DNA from: Propionibacteriaceae bacterium
GTDB taxonomy: Bacteria; Actinomycetota; Actinomycetes; Propionibacteriales; Propionibacteriaceae
Assembly (NCBI GenBank): GCA_031256725.1
Contig: JAIRQE010000015.1
Location: 90,001-122,000 of the forward strand
Direction of reading: 5' to 3'
DNA: 32,000 nucleotides
The notes under the pieces were generated by a model, which did not search any database, was not told the DNA's origin, and was given only the letters and a program-made list of their open reading frames with translations. The stretch's first letter is position 1. The number at the start of each line of letters is the position of its first letter. Made by a program: the position numbers and the translations under genes. Shown here piece by piece: positions 16,748 to 25,962 of the stretch.

Positions 16748-17122
16748 ATGGCAGATTGGTCTCATGTGATGTTGGCCACCCAGGCATTGGTTAATAACGC
16801 GACATCTTCGGATGAGCTCGCCGAGATCGCGCGAGCACACAGAAGTCTATGGACCGAGATTGCCGCCCACCCGAAAGCCTCCGATGAGTTGCTCACCTGG
16901 CTTGCTCGTGACGGAGATATGTCTGTACGCGCACTGGTCACAATGAGGATTCTTAGACGCGACCCAGCTGATTCAGAATTCGAAGAATCAGATGACCCAT
17001 CACCATCTGTACCAACTCCTCTCAAGCCTGTCTCCCATGAAGAATCCGCAGAAACAGCAGAATCCCGCTTCCAGAAACTTCAGCAAGCCCTACAAGAGGC
17101 CATGGAAGAAGTTGGTCAATAA
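16748..17122 (+). CDS. small LRV (leucine-rich repeat variant)-like protein
   Basis: MADWSHV...SSDELAEIARAHRSLWTEIAAHPKASDELLTWLARDGDMSVRALV resembles LRV repeats. GGAAGG lies 7 nt before ATG 16748. Acidic C-terminus. Confidence 0.5.
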   Translation: MADWSHVMLATQALVNNATSSDELAEIARAHRSLWTEIAAHPKASDELLTWLARDGDMSVRALVTMRILRRDPADSEFEESDDPSPSVPTPLKPVSHEESAETAESRFQKLQQALQEAMEEVGQ

Positions 17123-17231
17123 TCGAGGTGAAATCCAACCCCATCGTGAGGAAACCGTCGAAAAAGGGGTGATGTTGCGAAGTTGTGCTGATTGACAACG
17201 TGAGAGTCACGAAAGTGGTTTACTTGTTCAC

Positions 17232-19178
17232 ATGAGTGGAATGGGTATGGGTGGCCGCGCCCGAGCAGCACGAATCTCTTCGGGGGATGTTGACGCACAA
17301 AAGGCCATCAACGCAGCAGCCCCGAAAGTGCCAGACTTAGGCAAAAGAATCATGGCGCTGTTCAAGCCGTACACCAAAGCTATCATCCTCATGGTCATCT
17401 TCGTACTCATCACTGCACTGATCTCAGTGTTCCCACCCCTTGTCACTCAGCGAATCTTCGACGAAGGGCTCTTCCCCACGGGTACCACTGGAGTCACCCT
17501 CGCCCCCAACATGCCCCATCTTCTGCGCCTACTCGGGATCATGGTACTGCTGTTGCTCTTCTCGAATGTCATCGGAATCTGGCAGACATGGTTGACCTCA
17601 AAAACCGGAAATCGTGTGATGGGCGATCTTCGAGTGAAGCTCTTCGACCATCTCCAGAAGATGGAGTTGGCCTTCTTTACCAAGACCAAAACGGGGGTAA
17701 TCCAATCGCGATTGGCCAATGATGTGGGCGGGGTTGCAACCGTACTGACGAACACAGTCTCCTCAGTTGTTGGCAACACTGTGACCGTCATCGCAGCCGC
17801 CGTGACCATGCTCATCCTCAGTTGGCAGCTTACCTTGATCGCATTCCTGCTGATGCCAATAATGGTCATCGTCCAGCGCAGAGTTGGTACGATCCGGGCC
17901 CGCGTAGCCGCTCAGACCCAGGAATCCCTGTCCACGATGACTGCCATTACCCAGGAATCCCTGTCAGTGTCGGGGATCCTTTTGGCGAAATCCTTCGGCC
18001 GCGCCAAAGACGAATCCGCTCGGTACTCCCAAGAAAACGACAACCAGATCGCACTCCAGGTTAAACAGATGATGACCGGGCAGTGGTTCTTCGCTTTGGT
18101 ACAGGTCTTCGTATCCCTGCTTCCTGCGTTGATCTACCTGCTTTCGGGGATCTTCATCCAGCGTGGAGACACCGGGATTACTGCTGGCACCTTGGTGGCA
18201 TTTACCACAGTCCAGGCACGTTTACTTATGCCGATGATGGGCTTGCTTCGGGTGGCCCTCGACCTTCAAACCTCGGCGGCCTTGTTTGCTCGAATCTTTG
18301 AGTACCTCGACATGGTGCCCTCGATCCAGGATGCTCCCAATGCCCATGAGGTCAACAAGAAACGGGTCGGCGAGATCGAGTTCAAGAACGTGGACTTCCG
18401 CTATCCCGATGCCAACGAGGACGAGCGACCAACATTAGGCAATGTGAGTTTCACGATCAAGCCTGGTGAGTTTGTTGCCTTCGTGGGTCCCTCAGGTGCA
18501 GGGAAGACGACCGTCGGTTACCTGATTGCCCGCTTGCATGAGGTTGCTTCCGGGCGGATACTCTTCGCAGGAGATGACGTACGAGAATTATCCCTCCAAT
18601 CATTGGTTGACCATATTGGGATCGTGTCCCAACAGTCGTACCTCTTCCACGACACGATTGCCGCGAACCTGCGCTATGCGAAACCCGATGCAACCGATGA
18701 GGAACTGCGGATAGCGTGTACCAAATCAAATATCCTCGCCACCATTGATGCGATGCCTGAAGGAATGGAAACAGTCGTCGGTGAACAGGGTTATCGCTTG
18801 TCAGGTGGGGAACGCCAGAGACTAGCGATCGCCCGAGTCATCCTCAAAGACTCCCCCGTGTTGATCCTGGATGAGGCCACCTCTGCCCTTGATACAGTCT
18901 CCGAGAGAATAGTACAAGAGGCTCTCGACGAGGCCAGCAAGAACCGTACCACCGTGGCGATCGCCCACCGTCTTTCCACGGTACAAAGTGCTGATCGGAT
19001 TGTTGTGCTCAAGGCGGGGGAGATCGAAGAATCCGGTACCCATGAGGAGCTCTTGGCTTTGGATGGTCTCTATGCTCAGCTTTATAGTCAACAGGAATCT
19101 GAACCCCATCCTGGGCAACTACCTAAGGAAGCTCTCCAGGGACATCAGTCGATTCCTTGGCAGCATGTTGATGAATAG
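17232..19178 (+). CDS. ABC transporter ATP-binding/permease fusion (exporter type, MsbA/MdlB-like)
   Basis: 648 aa. N-terminal six-TM exporter domain. Walker A GPSGAGKTT, signature LSGGERQRLAIAR, Walker B VLILDEATSALD, H-loop AIAHRL. Confidence 0.9.
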   Translation: MSGMGMGGRARAARISSGDVDAQKAINAAAPKVPDLGKRIMALFKPYTKAIILMVIFVLITALISVFPPLVTQRIFDEGLFPTGTTGVTLAPNMPHLLRLLGIMVLLLLFSNVIGIWQTWLTSKTGNRVMGDLRVKLFDHLQKMELAFFTKTKTGVIQSRLANDVGGVATVLTNTVSSVVGNTVTVIAAAVTMLILSWQLTLIAFLLMPIMVIVQRRVGTIRARVAAQTQESLSTMTAITQESLSVSGILLAKSFGRAKDESARYSQENDNQIALQVKQMMTGQWFFALVQVFVSLLPALIYLLSGIFIQRGDTGITAGTLVAFTTVQARLLMPMMGLLRVALDLQTSAALFARIFEYLDMVPSIQDAPNAHEVNKKRVGEIEFKNVDFRYPDANEDERPTLGNVSFTIKPGEFVAFVGPSGAGKTTVGYLIARLHEVASGRILFAGDDVRELSLQSLVDHIGIVSQQSYLFHDTIAANLRYAKPDATDEELRIACTKSNILATIDAMPEGMETVVGEQGYRLSGGERQRLAIARVILKDSPVLILDEATSALDTVSERIVQEALDEASKNRTTVAIAHRLSTVQSADRIVVLKAGEIEESGTHEELLALDGLYAQLYSQQESEPHPGQLPKEALQGHQSIPWQHVDE

Positions 19179-19346
19179 TTTGTCGACTTATCGTTCCTGA
19201 CTTCTTGGTACTTGGAGGGTTGGGTACAAGAAATTCACCAATAGTACATGGGGACAGACGGAACCACCGTTAAAGTCACGTTGCTTGGGTGCACAAGGGA
19301 CTTCACTCAGTACTGTGGGACGGACCTATAACCATTGGGATCACGT

Positions 19347-19455
19347 GGAGTGTATATCTATATAACGCACTTGCGCAGTTGTTTCTCGAAGGAAACAACT
19401 CCTCCGTTCGGGAAGACGGTTCACAACAGATATACCCTACCCTCCACGTCGACGT
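19347..19455 (+). repeat. Intergenic structured repeat, family 1, copy C (full length)
   Basis: GGAGTGTATATCT...GCGCAGTTGTTTC-TCGAAG-GAAACAACTCCTCCGTTCGGGAAGACGGTTCACAACAGATATACCC. Collinear with copy A. Confidence 0.8.
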
Positions 19456-19493
19456 TTCAGATTTCCCAAGAATGGTCATTCTTCAATGATGGT

Positions 19494-19584
19494 GGGTGTC
19501 AGGGGACGTATCTCGGACACTCGGAACGCAGGACATCCTGGCACATATCATCCTCAGAGTCAGGAGATACGTCCCCTGACACCC
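19494..19584. mobile_element. MITE-like palindromic element, family 2, copy 2 (91 bp)
   Basis: Same termini as 16474-16565, with a 2-nt deletion in the left arm (..GTATCTC--GGACAC). The internal segment CATCCTGGCACAT..CATCCTCA is conserved. Confidence 0.75.
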
Positions 19585-19677
19585 TCAGATTCCCACGGAT
19601 GATCGGAGATTCCGACTTCCGTATCAGGGTTGTCCACCCGCAATGATGACTTCTTTTCATGGAGTACGCTGCTTATC

Positions 19678-20613
19678 ATGAGCACGACCCCTTCATTTGG
19701 TGACCAGGGTTCTGTGCGTGTACGCGTACCCGCCAAGATCAACCTTGCCCTGTGCGTTGGCGGTAACCGCCCAGACGGGTACCACGAGTTGGCGACCATC
19801 TTCCAGGCGGTGTCACTCTATGACGATGTGACTGCCACGCGTACCCCATCCGCGATCACCTGCGAGATGCGTGGAGCTGAGGCACACAAGATCGGCCCTG
19901 GTGAGGACAACCTTGCCCATCGTGCCGCCCGCCTATTGAAGAATGAGTACGATGTCCGCGAAGGGGTACATCTCACCATCGACAAGCGCATCCCTGTTGC
20001 AGGTGGAATGGCTGGGGGATCCGCCGATGCGGCTGGCGCGCTCTTGGCCTGTTCTCGATTGTGGGATCTGCGAGTGAGCCTCGACGACCTCATGACCCTG
20101 GGGGCACGCCTCGGAGCCGATGTACCCTTCCCCCTCATGGGTGGATGTGCTATTGGCCTCGGACGTGGTGAATCCCTGACACCCGTGTTGAGTCGAGGGC
20201 AGTACCATTGGGTTTTGGCTCTCTCGGCTTCCCAGTTGTCGACACCAGCGGTCTTCCAACGTTTCGATGAGCTCACGTCCTGTTTTGAGGTACCTGAGGT
20301 ACCCGAGATTCCTAAAGAGCTCATGATGGCCCTGGCCTCTGGGGATGCCGTCCAAGTCGGACGCAACCTTGTCAACGAGCTTTCAGCAGCTTCATGCTCC
20401 CTTGCTCCCGAGTTGCCCACCACTCTTCGTGCTGGATGCGAAGCTGGATGCTTAGGCTCAATCATCTCTGGATCAGGCCCCACTGTGGCATTCCTTGTCA
20501 AGGGTGAGGCCGAAGCTACCGAACTTGCGCTCTTCCTCTCAACACTGGGTATAGCCCGTGAGGTACGATTGGCGGTAGGGCCAGTACCAGGAGCAACAGT
20601 CATAGAAGAATGA
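19678..20613 (+). CDS. ispE: 4-(cytidine 5'-diphospho)-2-C-methyl-D-erythritol kinase
   Basis: VRVPAKINLALCVGGNRPDGYHEL and the GHMP kinase motif PVAGGMAGGSADAAGAL. The track ORF begins at 19630; the Met at 19678 gives the usual IspE N-terminus. Confidence 0.9.
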   Translation: MSTTPSFGDQGSVRVRVPAKINLALCVGGNRPDGYHELATIFQAVSLYDDVTATRTPSAITCEMRGAEAHKIGPGEDNLAHRAARLLKNEYDVREGVHLTIDKRIPVAGGMAGGSADAAGALLACSRLWDLRVSLDDLMTLGARLGADVPFPLMGGCAIGLGRGESLTPVLSRGQYHWVLALSASQLSTPAVFQRFDELTSCFEVPEVPEIPKELMMALASGDAVQVGRNLVNELSAASCSLAPELPTTLRAGCEAGCLGSIISGSGPTVAFLVKGEAEATELALFLSTLGIAREVRLAVGPVPGATVIEE

Positions 20614-20617
20614 CCAT

Positions 20618-20791
20618 CTTTGAACGTCCTATAACGTCGAGGGTCATGACCCAGAACTTCACAATTTCTATCCTCAAGTAGTCCACCAGCCGAGAGTTGT
20701 GAACTTTGAAGGTCCTAGAGCACCGAAATCGCAGTACAACTTCACAATTCGCCCAGGACTATCGAGAGTCGATGGATTTCTTGAAGTTGTG
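20618..20791. repeat. Diverged tandem duplication (2 x about 86 bp) filling a convergent intergenic region
   Basis: Units start at 20618 and 20704 (CTTTGAA[C/G]GTCCTA). Both share AACTTCACAATT (20655-20666 and 20739-20750) and AGTTGTG (20695-20701 and 20785-20791). Confidence 0.6.
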
Positions 20792-20804
20792 TCGCGGGTA
20801 CTCC

Positions 20805-22361
20805 TTATTGCCGTGGTCCGGGATGACGGGGGAAGACAACCGTGGTTTTGTGGAGCCGACTTTGTTTGACGTGTACAGCTAATGGCCTAGATCCGTGGGA
20901 GGGACCCTGTACATTTGCGCTCTTGAGTACATCGCGTGTTTCTGCTGCCTGAGCCCTGCGAGTGGTACGGGTACTGTGGCTCACCGGGCGCGAGGCTGAT
21001 GTTCGGGGGGAGAGCAGGGTCTTTGCGAGAGCCTGTTGGGCGGCTCGGGCGGTGCGCTTGGCTCCACGGATCTTCGGAAGTTCCCCGCCAATGACCTCGT
21101 AGTCGGTCAGGGAAAAGATGGGTTTCGTGATCCTCGTCCACAGGGAGCCTGCCGCGTTTGCAGCAGTACGCGCGACTGTGGTGGTGCGGTAACGCAGGCT
21201 GGCTTTCTGTTTGGCTTCGGCGACTGCAGCGCGCTCGGCTTCGCGGACCTCTCGATGAAGGACACGGGTCTTCGTTGACGGATCTGGGATAAGCCAGGGG
21301 TCGTAGAATTCTTCCACCTCGGATTCGTCGACCTTCGGTTCGACCTGGGGTTCGTCGACCTCGGGTTGGGGAAGGTCAAGGGTCTGTTCTGGCAGTTCTT
21401 TAGAAGCTGGTACCTCGCTCTGGGTGGGAGCCTCTGTGTCAGTAACCGTCGGCTTGCGATACTTGGGTACGAGCTTCCTGTCTTCTTCAATGGGTATGAG
21501 AACCAGAAGGTTGGCGAGGTTCCATGAACTCAACCAGAGTGTGAGGGTACCCGTGATGGAGGAGAGGGCAACCACAAGGGTGTTGGCCTGGGATCCTGGT
21601 CCAACGGTACCAAAGGCCCACGCGATATCGATAGACATCAGGGATACGGTCGGTACCACACAGAAGAGGAGGATCAACTGAATGTCTCGAATGGTCCGTC
21701 TGCGGAAACTATGATCTAAGGCTATGTACTTGAATGAGGGGAGGAATACTGGGCGCTTGAGGACGACAAGCACACCAACCAGAGCAATGAGGAAAACAAT
21801 GGGTATTGTTATCAGTAGTGGGACTGTGTAGAAGGAGCCAACGAAGGGGGTACGCATCCCCCAATCAAAGACTCCATCGAGATTCCAACTGTGAACCCAG
21901 GTACGGTTGTCCATGCTCGCCTCGGTGGCTGCCCAGATAGCTGTAAAAACCGCAAGCCCTATCATGAGTATCACGAGGATCAACAACGGCCACCAAAGGT
22001 AATCTTTAGCCCGCATTGCGGTCAACTTGCCCTGTGTGTCCCCAGGTGTACGCCCCAAGAGCCACCAGTCGCCACCAACAATGATCACCAATGTGATGAC
22101 TGCGAACAGGCTGGGGGCAACGAGTATTCCCTGGTTGTACTGTGTGGTCAGACCCACAGTGATTGCGGCGGTAAGACCGAGGGCAACCGCACCGATTCGT
22201 GTCCATCGAGTGATTTTGGTAATCCGGGGAAGCTGGTTGTAACGAATCTTCATCTTCCGCCAGTTGCGTCGGTGCCCGAACAGGGTGGCCAGGAAGATCA
22301 AAATGGACATAACAACGACCGCAGCTACTACCCAGCCTCCAAGCAGGGACGAAGCCGTCAT
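20805..22361 (-). CDS. hypothetical polytopic membrane protein with charged C-terminal region
   Basis: 518-aa ORF. About 8 hydrophobic spans in the first 300 aa, then an acidic followed by a basic low-complexity tail. No family recognised. Confidence 0.6.
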   Translation of the reverse strand: MTASSLLGGWVVAAVVVMSILIFLATLFGHRRNWRKMKIRYNQLPRITKITRWTRIGAVALGLTAAITVGLTTQYNQGILVAPSLFAVITLVIIVGGDWWLLGRTPGDTQGKLTAMRAKDYLWWPLLILVILMIGLAVFTAIWAATEASMDNRTWVHSWNLDGVFDWGMRTPFVGSFYTVPLLITIPIVFLIALVGVLVVLKRPVFLPSFKYIALDHSFRRRTIRDIQLILLFCVVPTVSLMSIDIAWAFGTVGPGSQANTLVVALSSITGTLTLWLSSWNLANLLVLIPIEEDRKLVPKYRKPTVTDTEAPTQSEVPASKELPEQTLDLPQPEVDEPQVEPKVDESEVEEFYDPWLIPDPSTKTRVLHREVREAERAAVAEAKQKASLRYRTTTVARTAANAAGSLWTRITKPIFSLTDYEVIGGELPKIRGAKRTARAAQQALAKTLLSPRTSASRPVSHSTRTTRRAQAAETRDVLKSANVQGPSHGSRPLAVHVKQSRLHKTTVVFPRHPGPRQ

Positions 22362-22561
22362 TTCACATCCTTTTCGGGCAACTGATGCGCATTACTGTAG
22401 TCACGACTAGGGGATCGACATGTCGAAACGCCGATTTGTTGCTTGTGAGCACCCCCACCAACGCGACGAACACTCAAGAACTCATAGGCGCTTATGGTCG
22501 AGTATGACTGGTGATCCTCCGAGAGTCAAGGCAAAACACCCTGGACTCGGTCCTTGACCGT

Positions 22562-24202
22562 CTACATGAAATCCGGGGGATGGATACCCAAGAGTTTCAG
22601 ACCAGTGGCAAGTACTCTTTGCGTGGCCCGACATAGCACCAATCTGGACGAGCGTTCCTCACTCTTCAGTACGGAACATTGCTCGTAGAAAATCGAGAAT
22701 TGGGAGGCCAACTCGAAGAGGTACCCACACAGTTTATGGGGTTGCAAACTCTCGGAAACCTCTTCCACGACCTGAGGAAACAGGGTGAGACTCAGAGCCA
22801 GGAGTTCTTCTGCTGGCTCAGTGAGAGCACTGATCTCAGCTGTCTGATCATCCACGACATCTCCTTGGGAGGCAGCGTCACGAAGGATCTTGGAGGGTCG
22901 TGCATGAGCATATTGAAGATAGGGCCCTGTATCACCCTTCGTGGCGGTCATCCTGGTCACATCGAAGACATAATCCTTGTGGAGGCCATTGGAGAGGTCG
23001 GCATATTTCACAGCAGCCATTGCCACTTCTGGTACTGCTACCTCCTCGGCGGCATCCAGCAGGGTTTCAAGGGTGACGGCTTTCCCATCTCGTGTCTTGA
23101 ACATCTTCCCATCCGAGCCAAGTACAGATCCGAAGCCCACATGCTCGGCCTTGACATCTGCCGGAAGCCAGCCTGCCAACCGAGCGGTGGTGAAGACTTG
23201 GGAGAAATGATGGGCCTGAGGGGAACCGACAACGTAGATGATCCGATTAGCTTTCAGCGTATCCACGCGGTACCTAATGGCGGCAAGATCTGTTGCCGAG
23301 TAGCCGTACCCTCCATCTGATTTGCGTACGATGACAGGAGCCTCATCATCAGGCAGGAACACGCACAGGGCCCCATCATCCATGGTGGCAATCCCCAGGG
23401 CCTCCAAGTCGGTAGCCACTGCATCCAGCATCGGGTTGTACATGGATTCCCCGGCCAGATCTGTATCAGTCAGGAGCACCCCAAGACGTTGGTACGCCTT
23501 ATTGAAACCCGCCTTAGAAACGTCAATCAGGGTCTGCCATACCTGTCGGGTTTCAGGGTCCCCGGCCTGGAGGGCCACCACGCGCTTGCGTGCAGCCTCC
23601 GCGAACCCCTCGTCGTCCCGGAAATGGGTCTGGGCTCGCTTATAGAGTTCAACTGAGGTTTCAAGTGTGAGGCTTGAGGGGTCTGTACCCTCGAAAAGGA
23701 TCTGCTCAACCAGCATTCCGAATTGGGTACCCCAGTCGCCGATGTGGTTTTGGGGGATGACCGTGTTCCCGGTGGCTCTCAGGACTCGTACCAAACAGTC
23801 ACCGATAATCGTTGAACGCAGGTTCCCGACATGCATGGGTTTGGCAACGTTAGGTGCCGAGTAATCGACAATAACTGTTGCTGGCGTCTCGGATTGGGTG
23901 ATGCCGCAGTGGGGGTCTGCAAGCAGGTCGGTGACCGCCGTACCGAGGCGATCCGAGCGCAAGCGAATGTTGATAAACCCAGGACCAGCGATCTCCAAGG
24001 GCTCACAGATGTCACTCATATCCAAGGAATCAACAATCTCTTGGGCGATCTCGCGAGGCTTCCGCCCCGAGTCGGCAGCCAGACGCAGAGCAGCATTGCA
24101 TTGATAGTGACCAAAGGCTGGTTTGGTTGATGCGCGAAGCTCTGGATCAATACCGATGATTTCTTGGATCCTTTGGGAGACTATTGCTGGGAGAGAAGCC
24201 AT
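22562..24202 (-). CDS. argS: arginine--tRNA ligase
   Basis: Class I motifs PMHVGNLRSTIIGD (HIGH-like) and GKMFKTRDG (KMSK-like). C-terminal anticodon-binding DALR-type region. Met at 24202 (MASLPAIV) is preferred over the track start 24268. Confidence 0.95.
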   Translation of the reverse strand: MASLPAIVSQRIQEIIGIDPELRASTKPAFGHYQCNAALRLAADSGRKPREIAQEIVDSLDMSDICEPLEIAGPGFINIRLRSDRLGTAVTDLLADPHCGITQSETPATVIVDYSAPNVAKPMHVGNLRSTIIGDCLVRVLRATGNTVIPQNHIGDWGTQFGMLVEQILFEGTDPSSLTLETSVELYKRAQTHFRDDEGFAEAARKRVVALQAGDPETRQVWQTLIDVSKAGFNKAYQRLGVLLTDTDLAGESMYNPMLDAVATDLEALGIATMDDGALCVFLPDDEAPVIVRKSDGGYGYSATDLAAIRYRVDTLKANRIIYVVGSPQAHHFSQVFTTARLAGWLPADVKAEHVGFGSVLGSDGKMFKTRDGKAVTLETLLDAAEEVAVPEVAMAAVKYADLSNGLHKDYVFDVTRMTATKGDTGPYLQYAHARPSKILRDAASQGDVVDDQTAEISALTEPAEELLALSLTLFPQVVEEVSESLQPHKLCGYLFELASQFSIFYEQCSVLKSEERSSRLVLCRATQRVLATGLKLLGIHPPDFM

Positions 24203-24389
24203 GGGTTCTATTGTACGACCCTGGGTGATGTACCCACGGCTTGTACGCGACTCTTCACGACCAGACACATGGATTGTTCACGTTGACGGTACTGATCAGT
24301 CATTGGTGGACCTCAATGATCCGACTTATGTCCTCTTCTTCTTGGAAGAGAGCGTACTGGTTGATGATTCTTCGATCTAGGCTTGTGAC

Positions 24390-24458
24390 GGAAACAACTC
24401 CTCCGTTCGGGAGAACGGTTCGCAACAGATATACCCCACCCTGCTCTTGTCGTTGGGT
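24390..24458 (+). repeat. Intergenic structured repeat, family 1, copy D (5'-truncated)
   Basis: GAAACAACTCCTCCGTTCGGGAGAACGGTTCGCAACAGATATACCCCACCCT. Lacks the 5' arm of the inner hairpin and the outer 5' arm. Confidence 0.8.
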
Positions 24459-24487
24459 AGTCAGTTTCACTACGTGGGTCCGTATCG

Positions 24488-24496
24488 TGAGAGACT
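24488..24496 (+). promoter_or_regulatory. Candidate extended -10 element (TGaGAGACT) for a leaderless transcript starting at ATG 24503
   Basis: TGA+GAGACT, then 6 nt (GATCAC), then ATG 24503. No SD sequence is present. Same layout as 2284-2301. Confidence 0.3.
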
Positions 24497-24502
24497 GATC
24501 AC

Positions 24503-25819
24503 ATGTCGTTCGTGGAGTTTTTGGGGGCATCGCCGTCGGCTTATCATGCTTGTGCAGAAGTCGCTCGCCAACTGCGGGAGGTTGGGTACCAGGAGCAACT
24601 GGAAACTGAGCCCTGGGATTCAACGCCTGGAGGTCATTTCGTATGCCGTGACGGAGCCATCGTGGCTTATCACCTGGGGGAAGTTGGGTCTCGATTCGCA
24701 ATCCTGGGGGCTCATACAGATTCCCCTGGATTCAAGCTGAAACCCCGTCCACAGCATTCATCCTATCGGTGGTCCCAGGCAGGGATGGAGGTCTACGGTG
24801 GGCCGCTGCTCAATTCTTGGTTGGACCGCGAGTTCGGTTTAGCTGGACGTGTTGTTTTGAGTACAGGCGAACAGCGCCTTGTGGCGACTGACCCCTGGCT
24901 GAGGATTCCGCAACTGGCTCCCCATCTAGATCGGTCGGTCAACGATGGATTGATTCTCAATCCGCAAAGACACCTCATGCCGGTCTACGCAGTGGGGGTA
25001 CGATCCCTCAAATCATGGAAGACCCCTCGCGCTGGTACTTCTGGTACCTCTGGGAACTCGGACTTCAGGCCAGTTGTTGATACGGCAGGTGTGGACATCA
25101 TCCAAGCTTTAGCTGAGGTATTAGGGTGCGCCGCAGACGAGATCATGGGTCACGACCTTTTCGCGTATATCACCCAACCTCCAGAGTATTTTGGTGTTGA
25201 CAAGCAGTTTCTCGCTGCCGGTCGTCTTGATAATCTGTCCAGCGTCTACCCTGGCCTGCAAGCGTTGATCGCCGCTGAACCCTCCATAGGTACCATTCCG
25301 GTCCTAGCCTGCTTCGATCATGAGGAAGTCGGATCTGAAACCCGTACTGGCGCTGGAGGTACTCTCCTCGACGATGTTCTCACCAGGATCTGCTTGGGTC
25401 TCAGCCTTACCGCCGACGAGGCCTATCAGGTACGCGCTCGCTCCCAGATGGTCTCGGCTGATGCGGGCCATTCGATCCATCCGAATTACCCCGAGAAGCA
25501 TGACCTCGATGAACATCCGCTGATGGGTGCGGGCCCGATGATCAAGATCAACGCCCAGCAGAGGTACACTTCCGACGGCCCCGGACGTCAACTGTGGGCC
25601 GCTATCTGCGCCGAAGCTGGGGTACCCCATCAAGTCTTCGTCTCCAATAATGCAGTACCCTGCGGTTCCACGATCGGCCCCATCGCCTCCACCCGCCTAG
25701 GAATCCCCACCGTGGATGTCGGCATCCCCCTATTAAGTATGCATTCCGCCCGAGAAATGTGCGCCCCCATAGATGTCGAGTACCTAACCCAAGCCCTCAC
25801 AGTCTTTTTCATCGGATAG
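24503..25819 (+). CDS. M18-family aminopeptidase (aspartyl aminopeptidase-like)
   Basis: 438 aa. FLGASPSAYHA, GAHTDSPGFKLKP, FDHEEVGS and LSMHSAREM are characteristic M18 motifs. Confidence 0.9.
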   Translation: MSFVEFLGASPSAYHACAEVARQLREVGYQEQLETEPWDSTPGGHFVCRDGAIVAYHLGEVGSRFAILGAHTDSPGFKLKPRPQHSSYRWSQAGMEVYGGPLLNSWLDREFGLAGRVVLSTGEQRLVATDPWLRIPQLAPHLDRSVNDGLILNPQRHLMPVYAVGVRSLKSWKTPRAGTSGTSGNSDFRPVVDTAGVDIIQALAEVLGCAADEIMGHDLFAYITQPPEYFGVDKQFLAAGRLDNLSSVYPGLQALIAAEPSIGTIPVLACFDHEEVGSETRTGAGGTLLDDVLTRICLGLSLTADEAYQVRARSQMVSADAGHSIHPNYPEKHDLDEHPLMGAGPMIKINAQQRYTSDGPGRQLWAAICAEAGVPHQVFVSNNAVPCGSTIGPIASTRLGIPTVDVGIPLLSMHSAREMCAPIDVEYLTQALTVFFIG

Positions 25820-25962
25820 TTGGCGTGACCCTAAGGGGCCAGAATCTTCCTCAGACTGGGCAGCCGATTCCGTAAGTTCGCAAATAAGGCTGGATTATGG
25901 ATGGGTCTTCGCACACCCTGAGGTTTGGGAACTTCTGTAGTGGGGTCGTTGGACTTTAGCTC

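Noticed and set aside
24203-24268. Longer ArgS N-terminus from the track start (MSGREESRTSRGYITQGRTIEP)
   Set aside because: ArgS proteins normally begin close to the MASLP..I..RI segment. The extension is basic low-complexity sequence in the divergent promoter region.
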